Positions 11,701 to 21,412 of a DNA stretch of 64,000 bases are shown piece by piece (position 1 is the first letter of the stretch; every line of letters begins with the position of its first letter). Under the pieces are notes generated by a model. The model was not told the DNA's origin. It worked only from the letters and a program-made list of their open reading frames with translations, and did not search any database. The stretch covers positions 1,120,001 through 1,184,000 of the forward strand of contig CBDCOZ010000003.1 of assembly GCA_965220085.1 (NCBI GenBank). Reading direction: 5' to 3'. This DNA comes from Candidatus Oxydemutatoraceae bacterium. GTDB lineage: Bacteria > Pseudomonadota > Gammaproteobacteria > Poriferisulfidales > Oxydemutatoraceae. The position numbers were made by a program, and so were the translations under genes.

Positions 11701-12184
11701 GTATCGCGTAATCGCTCGGGTTGGAAACCTGCGATACTTTTTCATACCCGACCTCGTTAAGACGCTGGCGAAAGGCGTCAATATTAATCCGGTCGCCGCA
11801 CTGCAAACGGAATGTATGCTTGGCGATGAAGTCCGGCGGAGGCAGTCGCTGCAACAAGCTCGCGATCGTGGCGATACAGATACCGTGTTCAAAGCGCGGC
11901 AGATGCGCCAATGTCCTCAGGCGCTCGGCAGAGATGTCCTTATGCGGCGACAGCTTGTCGTACGGCAAAGTCTCCCAATCGGGGAAGCTGATGACAGGGA
12001 GGCCGTCGGGACAAAAGAAGCGCAACTCATCCTCTATTTGCGCCAACACGCTCGCATCGGCAACGAGTAACAAAACCGGCAGCCGATGCTCCGCGAGCAA
12101 CCGCGCGATAGAGTAGGCGGCGCTGCAACCGTACAGTTGCGACCAGTGTATGGGAGAGCCCCGATTGGGAAGTGCGATTCTCAT
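8765..12184 (-). CDS. mfd: Transcription-repair coupling factor
   Basis: FPDWETLPYD, CGDVGFGKT, DEEHRFG, QLRGRIGRS, TRCF C-terminus; 1139 aa. Confidence 0.98.
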   Translation of the reverse strand: MRIALPNRGSPIHWSQLYGCSAAYSIARLLAEHRLPVLLLVADASVLAQIEDELRFFCPDGLPVISFPDWETLPYDKLSPHKDISAERLRTLAHLPRFEHGICIATIASLLQRLPPPDFIAKHTFRLQCGDRINIDAFRQRLNEVGYEKVSQVSNPSDYAIRGSIIDFFPAGSDCPVRMDLFDEQIETLRFFDPATQLSKRNTESVRVLPSREHPFTKQAIEFFRSRFRTEFHQTPAESLVYREVSEGIVPDGIESYLPLFFEELSSLPEYIRQDCVVICDETIDHDIERYRAYVSDRYEQLNDDRRWPLLAVDRLCHTADEIKRHLEKFGMIRLSRFKEETGEAAYRFLPPVALDAGLQEPTRNLRDFIDNFDGRILFASESPSYREQILKLLTDLKAKPRSVKSWQQFVADDCKTGICPGNLHDGVILAQEGIALIPDHKVLGRHIARQKRDARRAHNAELIIKNINDLEIGCPVAHEQHGIGRFLGLEILEVSGAVSEFCVIEYADNDKLYVPIAALRLLSRYAVGDAIDAPLHKLGAKQWDAAKRKAAQKAADIAAELLDTQARRATLRGFRFQTDTPEYHLFASTFPYEETADQKKAIDEILSDMQSPRPMDRVICGDVGFGKTEVAMRGMFIAAHSGYQVAVLTPTTLLARQHFETFHNRFSGYPVRVEMLSRFNTPKSQKSTIAGIKDGSVDIVVGTHKLLQNNIRFRRLALIVVDEEHRFGVKNKEKIKALYAKTDVLMLTATPIPRTLNMSLNKLRDITIISTPPARRHAIKTFIKQWDDALLREACQREIRRGGQIYFVHNRIETIDDIAERLRDLLPEARISIAHGAMREHTLEKSMLDFYSQKSNVLVCTTIIENGIDIPTANTMIINRADHFGLAQLHQLRGRIGRSHHSAYAYMLIPPKAELTPDALRRLEAIEALKDLGVGLTLALQDLEIRGAGELLGKEQSGHIHEVGFAMYNRLLNRAIEVLKTDKEFNIDKPLDTVTEIDLGEPALIPDDYLPDVNLRLILYRKIAALEDDGAIREMESEMRDRFGEPPPYLTNLFKNAALRIQCRKANITEAKKTADGLRIRFDENTKIDTDKLLSLVSDKPGDYQLYGNQSLLLRDRDKETIESLHDKLIRFIESVRA

Positions 12185-12205
12185 GGCGCCCGTATTTTAG
12201 CCAAT

Positions 12206-12232
12206 AAAAAGGCGGGGAGTCCCCGCCTTTTT
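12206..12232. terminator. Intrinsic terminator hairpin between fccB and mfd
   Basis: AAAAA-GGCGGGGA-GT-CCCCGCC-TTTTT. Confidence 0.8.
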
Positions 12233-12252
12233 ACCCGCCTATCGCCGAGTAA

Positions 12253-13539
12253 CTAGCCGAACATATCGGCTGTCACATTGGCAAACCAACTGTATGCATA
12301 CTGCACTTCCCGCTTCAGCGCATCAGGCGACGCATCGCTCGGGGTCAGTCCGCCGGCCACTTTCTTAATCGCGCTTTTATCGTCCGCCAGACGATAAACC
12401 GCCGCCACCGAAACGCCGTAGTCCGTGCCCGCTATGCTATAGCAGGTATTGACATAGGAGGGCGTAGGCGCGGGCTTCTCTTGCAACGAAGCGACGACCG
12501 CCGCCGCGCACACTTTTGCTTCGGAATTCGCGGCATAGCCCGATTTCGGCAAACCGGTCGCAATGCTGGCATCGCCGACGATGTAAGTCCCCGAGTGCTT
12601 GACCGATTCAAAGGTGCCAAGGTGAACCGGGCACCAACCGGAATCGTCGGCACAGCCGGAAACCTGAGCGATGTGTCCGGCCTTCTGCGGCGGGATGACA
12701 TTGATTACATCGCCTTCAAAGTCGTCAAGCTCGGTTGAGACAGTCATTTTTGCGGGATTGACCGCAACCACGCCGCCGCCCGTGTCGGAACCCGGCAACC
12801 ACTCGATCATATCGCCGTAGAGTTCTTTCCAAGCTTTCGTGAACAAGCCTTGCTTTGAAAATTTGTCTTTTGCGTCAATCACCAAAATTTTTGATTTCGG
12901 TTTATGCGCTTTGAAGTAATGGGCAATCTGACACGCTCTCTCGTAAGGCCCCGGCGGGCAACGGAAAGGGTTAGCAGGCACGGTAATGATTACGGTACCG
13001 CCGTCTTTCATGCCTTCCAGTTGTCGCCGAAGGAGCGCGGTCTGTTCGCCCGCCTTGTACGCATGCGGCATCCTTTCGGGCGCGGCTTCGTTATAGCCTT
13101 CGATCGCATTCCACTTGAAGTCAATGCCGGGCGACAGAACCAGCCGGTCAAACGAAAATTTCCCGTCGCCGGCTGTGACCATTTTCTTGCGATGATCAAC
13201 CGCTATCGCTTCGGCATGAACGACATTAATCCCGTGGCCGCTCAGCCCTTCGTATGAAAAGCGCAACGATTCGATGCTGCGGTCGCCGCCAATCACCTCA
13301 TTGCTCATAAAGCAAGTGTGGTAATGCTCATTGCGTTCAATCAAGACGACATCGATCGTCCGATCCATCATCTTGATGTACTTGGCGGCGATAGCGCCGC
13401 CGGCGCCGCCGCCGACGACCACTGCTTTCTTCGGCGCGCCAAAGGCAATCTGCGGAAAGCCGACACCGGCAACGGCGCCGATAGCCGCAACGCTGCCCGA
13501 AGCTTTAATAAATGTGCGTCTGTTTAATTTTGTCACCAT
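12253..13539 (-). CDS. fccB: Flavocytochrome c sulfide dehydrogenase, flavoprotein subunit
   Basis: Tat signal RRTFIK, GGGAGG FAD motif, [23 protein letters not shown]. Confidence 0.92.
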   Translation of the reverse strand: MVTKLNRRTFIKASGSVAAIGAVAGVGFPQIAFGAPKKAVVVGGGAGGAIAAKYIKMMDRTIDVVLIERNEHYHTCFMSNEVIGGDRSIESLRFSYEGLSGHGINVVHAEAIAVDHRKKMVTAGDGKFSFDRLVLSPGIDFKWNAIEGYNEAAPERMPHAYKAGEQTALLRRQLEGMKDGGTVIITVPANPFRCPPGPYERACQIAHYFKAHKPKSKILVIDAKDKFSKQGLFTKAWKELYGDMIEWLPGSDTGGGVVAVNPAKMTVSTELDDFEGDVINVIPPQKAGHIAQVSGCADDSGWCPVHLGTFESVKHSGTYIVGDASIATGLPKSGYAANSEAKVCAAAVVASLQEKPAPTPSYVNTCYSIAGTDYGVSVAAVYRLADDKSAIKKVAGGLTPSDASPDALKREVQYAYSWFANVTADMFG

Positions 13540-13550
13540 CTTCTTCCCCC

Positions 13551-14243
13551 TCACTTAACGCTTGCGTAATAATTTAACAAATCCAGAATGCCATCCTTGC
13601 CTTCGCTCTCCTGCAACTCCCTGAGCGCCTTTTTCATCTTCTTCGGCATATCGCGATTGCCTTCCATGTAGTCATGCAGGGTATAGCGCAGATAGGGCAT
13701 CCACTGTCCCGCCAGTATGCCAACATCGTCTTCGGGCGACAGGCCGCCGTCCTCGTGGCATTTATCGCAGTATTCTTCGTGCAGGCTCTCGCCGGAGGCA
13801 ACCCGCGACTTGTCAAAGCCTTGCATCACCGGCACATGCTCGCTGTCGGAGAACACAGCCGCCATGACTTTGATCTCTTCAAGGGTATAGCCTTTTGCAA
13901 TCCGCCCCATAATCGTACTGTAGCGGCTCAAGGCCTCCGCATCTTCGTACTTCTTATCTTTGCCGAGCTCCTCCATCGCCTTTGCCAACCCCTCGGGGTC
14001 ATCGTGATACTTATAGGCAAGCATCGCCCCGACGAAGTAGTTCTCGGTCAGGCCGGCCAGCGACGGAATGGCGGGCCCCTGGCTCACGCCGCCAGGGCCG
14101 TGACAAGCAACGCAAGTATTAGTCAGCATGTCGGCGGTAGCCATTTTGCCATCGTCCATTTTGCCCCCGTGTTTATCCGCATAAGCGGATGTGAAACAGA
14201 GCATTCCTGTAAACAGGATTAGTAGAAAAACAAACCGTTTCAT
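13551..14243 (-). CDS. fccA: Flavocytochrome c sulfide dehydrogenase, diheme cytochrome subunit
   Basis: Signal peptide, CVACH and CDKCH; immediately upstream of fccB. Confidence 0.85.
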   Translation of the reverse strand: MKRFVFLLILFTGMLCFTSAYADKHGGKMDDGKMATADMLTNTCVACHGPGGVSQGPAIPSLAGLTENYFVGAMLAYKYHDDPEGLAKAMEELGKDKKYEDAEALSRYSTIMGRIAKGYTLEEIKVMAAVFSDSEHVPVMQGFDKSRVASGESLHEEYCDKCHEDGGLSPEDDVGILAGQWMPYLRYTLHDYMEGNRDMPKKMKKALRELQESEGKDGILDLLNYYASVK

Positions 14244-14438
14244 TTATATCCCCCTTGAACCAGTCACGCAAAATCACAAATTCTTAAATAGCGAATGAGC
14301 TTTGTGACTGTCATTAAGTAATGTGCGCAAATAACACTCGGTTATTTGCGGACTGTTTATTGAGGCTCATAGTACATAGGACAATTACCGTTGTCAATGC
14401 TGGCAACGGCGACTCGCGCAAAGCAAGGCGGGGCGGGA

Positions 14439-14996
14439 TTATTGCGAGCGAAGCGATATGTCTTTTGCCGGTTTCTTCGGCTTCTTCGGCTCCTTATGGG
14501 CGACTCCAGTGTGGCAACCGATGCAGTTTTCTCCCTCTGCGTGCGCCCGCTTATGTTTTTTGCGCGCGGTCCTGTCCTGCTCATCAAAGTCCATCGCCTC
14601 AAACACATGACAGGATTTGCATTCGCGCGCATCGCTCGCTTCCATTTTTGCCCACACCCTGTTCGCCATCGCCCACCGATGCGCTTCAAACTTTTCCTTG
14701 CTGTCAATCGTTCCGAGAATCTCATGCCAAACATCTTTGGCAGCCATCAGCTTAGCGTGCAGTTTCGGAAACACCGGATTAGGCACATGGCAATCATGAC
14801 ATTCGGCGCGGACACCGGATGCGTTGGAGTAATGGATTGAGTCCTCCCATTCTTTTTTGACCCATTGCATTGAATGACACGAGGTGCAAAATTCAGTTGA
14901 GTTAGTCGCTTCCAGTGTGACGGAAAAGCCAACCGTGAGAAAAATTCCGGGCAACAATATGCCGAGCAACAGAATAGTGAGTATTAAAGTGCGCAT
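14439..14996 (-). CDS. NapC/NirT family membrane tetraheme cytochrome c
   Basis: N-terminal TM helix; CTSCH, CHDCH, CKSCH, CIGCH. Confidence 0.9.
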   Translation of the reverse strand: MRTLILTILLLGILLPGIFLTVGFSVTLEATNSTEFCTSCHSMQWVKKEWEDSIHYSNASGVRAECHDCHVPNPVFPKLHAKLMAAKDVWHEILGTIDSKEKFEAHRWAMANRVWAKMEASDARECKSCHVFEAMDFDEQDRTARKKHKRAHAEGENCIGCHTGVAHKEPKKPKKPAKDISLRSQ

Positions 14997-15288
14997 TGGG
15001 TTGTTTCCGTACAAAATTATAGCCACATGAGCCGTGATAATGCAAGCCGAGCGGCAAATCGGGGCTTGAGCGCAAACTCCGCACTGGCGCCGGCCACACG
15101 CTCCCCTCGCGGGAGAGTTGGCGTAGTTACGCTATGCCGGAGGGGGAGCGTTGTCGGCGAAGCGCTCCCTCTGCCGGCGCGAACAGGATACGGCACAGTC
15201 TCAAACGCAGAGTCACATAAATGCAACTATCAAAGTCGCCAACCCAAGCGCGGTTGCCACAAGCCATTTTATGTTTTTTGTTGTCGGC

Positions 15289-16584
15289 TCAGCCATGTCT
15301 TTTTTTGATTTCTAACCCGCACTTGGCAAACGCTTCTTTAATCGCTGATTCGCACTTGGCCAAATCTTCCCCGGTCGCTGGCTTGGCTAACTTCCTTTTC
15401 AACTGAGTTGATTCTTTAATCGCTGATTCGCGCTTGGCCAAATCTTTCTTGGTCGCTGGCTTGGCTGACTTTTTTTTCAATCGAGTCGCTTTTTCTTTGA
15501 TCGCTGATTCAAACTTGGCCAAATCTTTCCTGGTCACTGACTTGGCTAACTTTTTTTTCAATCGATTCGCTTTTTCTTTGATCGCTGACTCAAACTTGGC
15601 CAAATCTTTCTTGGTCGCTGACCTGACTAACTTTTTTTCCAACTGATCCAATTCTTCTTTGATCGCTGATTCAAACTTGGCCAAATCTTTCCTGGTCGCT
15701 GACTTGGCTGACTTTTTTTTCAACTGAGTTAATTCTCTTTTGATCGCTGATTCAAATCTGGCCAAATCTTTCTTGGTCGCTAACTTGGCTGACTTTTTTC
15801 TCAACCGAACCAATTCTTTTTTGATCGCTAACTCAAACTTGGCAAACTCTTTTTTGGTCGCTGGCCTGGCCACCGCTTCTTTAATCGCTAACGCACATCT
15901 GGCCAAATCTTCCTTGGTCGCTAACGTGGCTAACACTTCTTGCAACTTGGCAAACTCTTCTCTGGTCACTGACTCAGCCCATGCTTCTTTGATCACTGCT
16001 TCAAACTTGGCAAAATCTTCTTGGGTCGCCGACTTGGCTAACGCTTCTTTCAACCGAGCCAATTCCTTTTTCAACTGCGCCAACTCTTCTTCGATCGCCG
16101 ACCCAAGCTTAGCCAATGCTTCTTTGATTGCTGCTTCAAACTGGGCAAACTCTTCTTTGGTCATTGACTTGGCTGACTCTTTTTTCAACTGCGCCAATGC
16201 TTCTTTGGCCGCCGATTCAAACTTGGCAAACGCTTCTTTGATTTCCGACTCAAACTTGGCAAACCCCTTGGTCGCTGACTTGGCTAACTCTTTTTTCAAC
16301 TGAGCCAATGCTTTTTTCATCGCTAACTCAAACTTGGCCAACTCTTCCTCGGTCGCTAACTCGTCTAATGCTCTTCTGAGCGCTAACTCAAACCTGACAA
16401 ATGCCTCTCTCGTTGCCAGAGCGCTCAGACGTTTGCGCAACTGTGTCAATTGCTTGTTGGCAATCGCGCGCGCTTTCTGTTTGTCAAAGCCCGCGGCGGT
16501 CAAGTTGCGGGCAGAGTCATCAGTGACCTCCGCCGCATCTTCCGCTTTTAAGTTTTTAGATTTCTTCATCATCATCCTCTGCAT
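15289..16584 (-). CDS. Repetitive coiled-coil protein with DUF1640/CCDC90-like head and ATKxDL repeats
   Basis: LTAAGFDKQKARAI head then ~27-aa (81-bp) repeats KDLAKFESAIKE. Confidence 0.6.
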   Translation of the reverse strand: MQRMMMKKSKNLKAEDAAEVTDDSARNLTAAGFDKQKARAIANKQLTQLRKRLSALATREAFVRFELALRRALDELATEEELAKFELAMKKALAQLKKELAKSATKGFAKFESEIKEAFAKFESAAKEALAQLKKESAKSMTKEEFAQFEAAIKEALAKLGSAIEEELAQLKKELARLKEALAKSATQEDFAKFEAVIKEAWAESVTREEFAKLQEVLATLATKEDLARCALAIKEAVARPATKKEFAKFELAIKKELVRLRKKSAKLATKKDLARFESAIKRELTQLKKKSAKSATRKDLAKFESAIKEELDQLEKKLVRSATKKDLAKFESAIKEKANRLKKKLAKSVTRKDLAKFESAIKEKATRLKKKSAKPATKKDLAKRESAIKESTQLKRKLAKPATGEDLAKCESAIKEAFAKCGLEIKKRHG

Positions 16585-16811
16585 TGCATAGTAATATTAA
16601 TTTGGAGGCTATGGTCAAATAGCCTTGTTTCGGATAGTAGCGCCAATTCAAGGGCTATGGTCAACCGAATAGAACAGGCGGTATCAAACACCTGACGAAC
16701 GGTCTAATTAACCCAGTTGTTTGTGGCTTCTTAGGGATAGTTACCGCCGGACTGCCCGCCAGTCAGCCCCAAGGGAACGTGTGGCGCAAGTCCCGCGAGG
16801 GATTGCTCGCG

Positions 16812-18672
16812 CTATCGCAGCGGGCCTTCCAGAAAGAGGCGCAGCCGCAAGCGCAGGTTGGGTATGGCAACGCAAGCGGGCCAGGTTCCGAGGTATCCGT
16901 CGCCGCAGATGCATTCGGTTGCGCCGCCAGTGTTGTGGTCGGGCGGGTATCCGCCGGGGGCGTTTCCGTCAAGGTCGCAGTTTGCGACAAAGTCGTCGGT
17001 GTTTCCGCTGACAACAACATTGGGATGGTCATTGGCGTTTGGAAAGTTCGGAGGGTCGCCGAAAAGTTCGGCGCAAGCAGTCTTGTCGGAAGTTCCGTGA
17101 ATCAGACAATCCGTGTCGGTGGTGCGGATTGCTTGGTCGGCGCCATACAGGAGATATGGAATGCTGCAAAATGCGTCTGGGGAGTTCAAGAGAACAAGCC
17201 AGTTCGCGTTTTGGCAGTCCATAACCGTCTGCGTGGCGGCGGAAGGAAGACATATGGAAGAATCGCTCGCAGTGACAAGGGTTTGTCCCGCCGGACATCC
17301 GCAAGGAGTTGGTTTCGGTATCGTATGTTGTTCCTGTCGGGCATCCGTAAGAGTTGGTTTCGGAGGAGTAAGTCTGTATGCCGGGGCATTCGCAGGAGTC
17401 GGTTCCGGTGTCGTATGTTGTTCCCGTCGGGCATCCGCAAGAGTTGGTTTCGGAGGAGTAGGTCTGTATGCCGGGGCATTCGCATGAGTCGGTTTCGGTA
17501 TCATATGTTGTTCTGGCGGGACATCCGCAAGAGTTGGTTTCGGAGGAGTAGGTCTGTATGCCGGGGCATTCGCAGGAGTGGGTTTCGGGGTCGTATGTCG
17601 CGTCTGTCGGGACATCCGCATGAGTGGGTTTCGGGGTCGTATGTCGCGTCTGTCGGGCATTCGCAGTCAGCGGGGTTGGCACCGATGACATTGCATTCGC
17701 AGTCGGTCGGGGAGAATTTCATGTCGTGGGTGGCGGCCCATGTGACAAAGGCGGCGGTCGGCTCCGCCCAACCGAGGCATTGGCATTCGCGGTGATCGGA
17801 GTGGTACCGGGCGAGCGAATTTTCGTCGCCGCATCGGCGCCCGTTGCATCTCTGATATTGTCCGCTTGTCCCATCGTTTCTTGAAAAGCTATAGCGGGCG
17901 CAGATGCCGGTGTCATCGCTTTGTATTCCGCAGAAGCTCAGCGTTCCGTCGCCGATGCTGATGAAGCGATCCTCGGTGCTAATGCGGTGGCAGGTGTCGT
18001 AGGCGTAAAGGTGGTCGGGCGTCACGCAGGTGACCCGAGTCGGGCTGTGGGTGCCGGTCCAGACGCCGGTTCGTTGCGCGAAGACGCTGTATCCGTGCGC
18101 GCGTCCGGCGGGGCAGGCGGCGCGCCGCTATTGTTGTGGGTGCGGTCGTAGGAGTATCGGACGCCCTCGTGCTTGTAGCCGCGGGAGTAAATAGGGTCGG
18201 TGATGGCCTGGGGGCCCGAGGGGATGACATCGCCGACCGGGTTGTTGACGGAGTTGACGGCGATGATATGCCATCGGTAGCAATTTCCCCAAGATTGGCC
18301 GGATGAGGAGGGTGTTCGCACGGCCGTGTAAAACTTCTCCGGGTCGGTAATGAGTTCTCCGCTGCCGCTGGTGATTCGCCATTGTCCCGGGGTGAGTTCG
18401 TCGCACCGGGTGGGGTATGCGTTAGGGGGCGTGACAGGCACCTCGTCTTTGCTGAGAGACCGGTGTTGGGAGCGGTAGATGTAGTATCCGATGATGGGCG
18501 ACCCCCCGTCGGAGACGGGCGGGCGCCATCGGATGGTGAATGCCTCTTTGGCGAAGTCGGCCTCAATGACGCGGGTGATGCGGGGCTTTCCGGGCGCGGT
18601 TTGGGCTTGCGCGGCGGAGACGGCGGCGATTGCCGCAAAGAGGATGACGGAGAGTGCGAGGGCAGTCGTCAT
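16812..18672 (-). pseudogene. Frameshifted secreted protein: FN3-like domain, Cys-rich 15-aa repeats, Cys-rich domain, C-terminal LRLRLFLEGPLR
   Basis: Coherent protein segments lie in ORFs 18022-18672, 17501-18025, 17029-17691 and 16812-17660 in different frames; at least 3 frameshifts (real or sequencing indels). Confidence 0.65.
17290..17670 (-). repeat. ~45-bp coding tandem repeats (CECPxxxTYxxETxS)
   Basis: Alternating CECPGIQTYSSETNS / CGCPTGTTYDTETDS units. Confidence 0.8.
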
Positions 18673-19006
18673 CGCGCCCTTCGTCGGAAAAGTGCGGAAG
18701 ACAGAAGCTGAAATCCAGACCTGTGCGCAAAACCCTCATTGTGCGCCAATTATATCAAACCCCCGGCGCCGGCTTCGTTCGCGCACAGAGCATCACCCCG
18801 CTCCGGTGTGCTTGCGGGGATGGCGCGAGAGGAGCGTTATGGGGCACAGTGGTGGGAGCACAAACAGTAGTAGGAGCACAAACAACACTCAGTTGTTTGT
18901 GGCTTCTTGAGTTGTTTGTGGCTTCTTAGGGTAGTTACCGCCAGACTGCCCGCCAGTCAGCCCCCAAGAAGCGTGCGGCGCAAGTCCTGCGAGGGGATTG
19001 CTCGCG

Positions 19007-19666
19007 CTATCGCAACGGGCCTTCCAGAAAGAGACGCAGCCGCAAGCGCGGGCCCGGTGTGCAGCTCGGCCAGTCGCCGAAGTGCGAGCCCGGATTGCAT
19101 ACGCATTCGGTTGCGCCGTTCCGGTTGATGTCTGGATAGCCGCCGGGGACATTTCCGTCTCGGTCGCAATTTGCCACAAAGAACTTGCTGGTACCGACAA
19201 AGGGTCGGACGGCGGGGTGGTCCGCCGCTTTCGGAAAAACCGGCGGGTCGCCGTACATATCCGTACAGGCAATACCGCTCCCGCTTCCCAAAACAATGTT
19301 GCAGTCATTAGCGGTAATGCTAGCTGTTCTTGTCCCAAGGTTGGAGGGAATCAAACAAATCATGTTTCCCAGAAAGTACTGCGCCCCTGTCGCTTCGCGT
19401 CCGTCCCATCCCGCGTCTTCGCAGGCGTCCAGAATCGAGACGAAGGCGTTGTCAAAGCATCTGGTGTTCATTTCCTCAAGGAAATGGGGGGAAGTGACTC
19501 GGGTTTGCCCTTGTGGGCAGATAGTTTGGCAAATGCCGCGAACATTTTCCTGCCCTGCCGGACACATCGTTTGCGCTTGTGCGCTGTTTGCGACGAACGC
19601 GAAAGTTATTGCCGCGCAAATCCCGCAAATTTTAAGGGGGTCAGTATTAATAAGTTGTCGTTTCAT
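19007..19666 (-). CDS. Secreted Cys-rich protein with C-terminal LRLRLFLEGPLR
   Basis: AGGAGA RBS, signal peptide ending AQA, Cys-rich domain paralogous to the C-terminus of the 16812 gene. Confidence 0.8.
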   Translation of the reverse strand: MKRQLINTDPLKICGICAAITFAFVANSAQAQTMCPAGQENVRGICQTICPQGQTRVTSPHFLEEMNTRCFDNAFVSILDACEDAGWDGREATGAQYFLGNMICLIPSNLGTRTASITANDCNIVLGSGSGIACTDMYGDPPVFPKAADHPAVRPFVGTSKFFVANCDRDGNVPGGYPDINRNGATECVCNPGSHFGDWPSCTPGPRLRLRLFLEGPLR

Positions 19667-19807
19667 CGTATTTCTCCTAATGGTTTTTGATTCGTGAACG
19701 CGGTTGCGCAATGAGCGCTTCCGCCCCAAAGACCTCTACAAGTGTCTTCACATCCTGTCTCATCCTCGCGCGCCTCATAACACTCTCCTTCTCCGTAGTT
19801 ACTCGCG

Positions 19808-20923
19808 CTATCGCAACGGGCCTTCCAGAAAGAGGCGTAGCCGCAAGCGCAGACTTGAGTCGGACCTGCCTTCCACAGGAAGGCCGATGCTGCATCGCTC
19901 CTCGGATGCCGGCATGGAGTGCTGGTCCTTGAAGGAGGCGCATACGCGAAGGTATTTTCCGGCATGGGTGGCACGAGGCGTGAAGCCGGAGGTGAGGCCG
20001 CCCGTTGTTGTGGTACCCGCTATATCGCTGTAAGCGCCGACTACAGAGGTGCCGCTAGAGGGGGCATCGGCCTCTTGCCACTTCCAGCCCAGAGTGCTTG
20101 TATCAATGCCATTTCCATCAGCCACGCCATAGATGGAAGCCGTCAGCGGCGCATTGGCGGCATATGAAACGCCCGTACTGCCCGTCACCGTGGGCGCACC
20201 CTGGGCGGGAATCTGCGAGGTTTCCCCTCTGACCAGATTGATGGTAACGGTGCCATGCGAACTATAGGTGTTGATATCGTCGAAACTGTAGCCGCGATAA
20301 GCGAAACTAGCATAGTCAGGGGTGACAGAAATGGCATCAGGGGGAGGCACATAGTACACACTTCCCACATCATTGAGGGAAAAGTCGCCAGGGGTGAATC
20401 GAGTGTTGATGCGGGAACGGTTCTGTTTCTTCTGACCAATATGCCACGGTCAGGCAAAGTAACCAATTCCACGACGAAATCACTTCTGGTGGCGGTGCTA
20501 CCATTCGCATCCTTGAAGGCAAAGTCGTTTAACTGAAAGACGTAGGCACCGACCCCAATTCCGACATCAATGCTGGTATTCTGGGCGGCGGGGATGCCGC
20601 TTGTCTGGGCCGAGGCGCAGGTTGCGCCCAATGCCAGGGGCAGTAGCAACAGGCAACGCGTGGCGGTTCTGGACATAGCCCCGTCGGTCGGTACTACCGC
20701 TCGTGCGGGCGCAAAAAGCGCCACAAACCGTCGCCGCAACGAAAGCCCGAGCCCGGGTGCCCCCGGGGCGTGCGACCGCTTTGCGGATGGCGGGTTGCGA
20801 TATGCGGGTGATAAAAAGCGGGTGAAGAGGCGATACGGCGAAACGCCGATAAACCCTTTACTTACAAGGCTAGGGGGGGGGGGGGGGGGGGGGGGTAACA
20901 GTATTAAAAATATGTCGAGTCAT
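19808..20923 (-). pseudogene. Secreted beta-rich (adhesin-like) protein with C-terminal LRLRLFLEGPLR, interrupted by a poly-C tract and one frameshift
   Basis: GAGGAG RBS and ATG at 20923; C23 tract puts it out of frame; ORFs 20185-20739 and 19808-20368 join by a frameshift near 20410-20440. Confidence 0.6.
20873..20895. repeat. G23 homopolymer tract
   Basis: 23 consecutive G. Confidence 0.9.
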
Positions 20924-20982
20924 AGTATTACTCCTCACAGTCTGAATTTAGCGAATGTAGCTGTACAACAAGTGCTGTGTGC

Positions 20983-21206
20983 TCTGCCACAAAGTACAAG
21001 TCATTTGCAAGATCTGAGTTGTTCATTGTTTCCCTCATTTAATGTACTCTATCACAAAGTGCAAGTCATTTGCAAGAACTGAATTGTTCATTGTTTCTCT
21101 CATTTAATGTACTCTATCACAAAGTACAAGTCATTTGCAAGAACTGAATTGTTCATTGTTTCCCTCATTTAGCGTACTCTACCACAGAGTACAAGTCATT
21201 TGCAAG
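20983..21206. repeat. 65-bp tandem repeat, ~3.4 copies
   Basis: CACARAGTRCAAGTCATTTGCAAG recurs at 20988, 21053, 21118, 21183. Confidence 0.9.
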
Positions 21207-21412
21207 TGCCTTTTGTATCCTGTCTTACCCGCCCAAAGATGTCGGTGATGGCCAAGACGATGATGCCGCCACACGGCGGTTGAGAGAGGCGGCTGAAAAC
21301 GAGCCGAACCCCGATATATGAGAAGGCTTGGGGCGCTTATAGAGAATATAAGAAAGGCGGGTAGAATAGCGCACTTATGCAGAGAGGAATCCAAGCGTGA
21401 AAATACAGTGCT

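Noticed and set aside
15434-16591. Plus-strand repetitive ORFs (ADSNLAKSF…)
   Set aside because: Antisense shadows of the coiled-coil repeat gene
16700-19860. Diversity-generating retroelement VR/TR pair
   Set aside because: No reverse transcriptase in the window and differences between copies are not adenine-specific
20983-21206. CRISPR array (65-bp period, next to defence genes)
   Set aside because: The whole unit repeats with no unique spacers, and there are no cas genes
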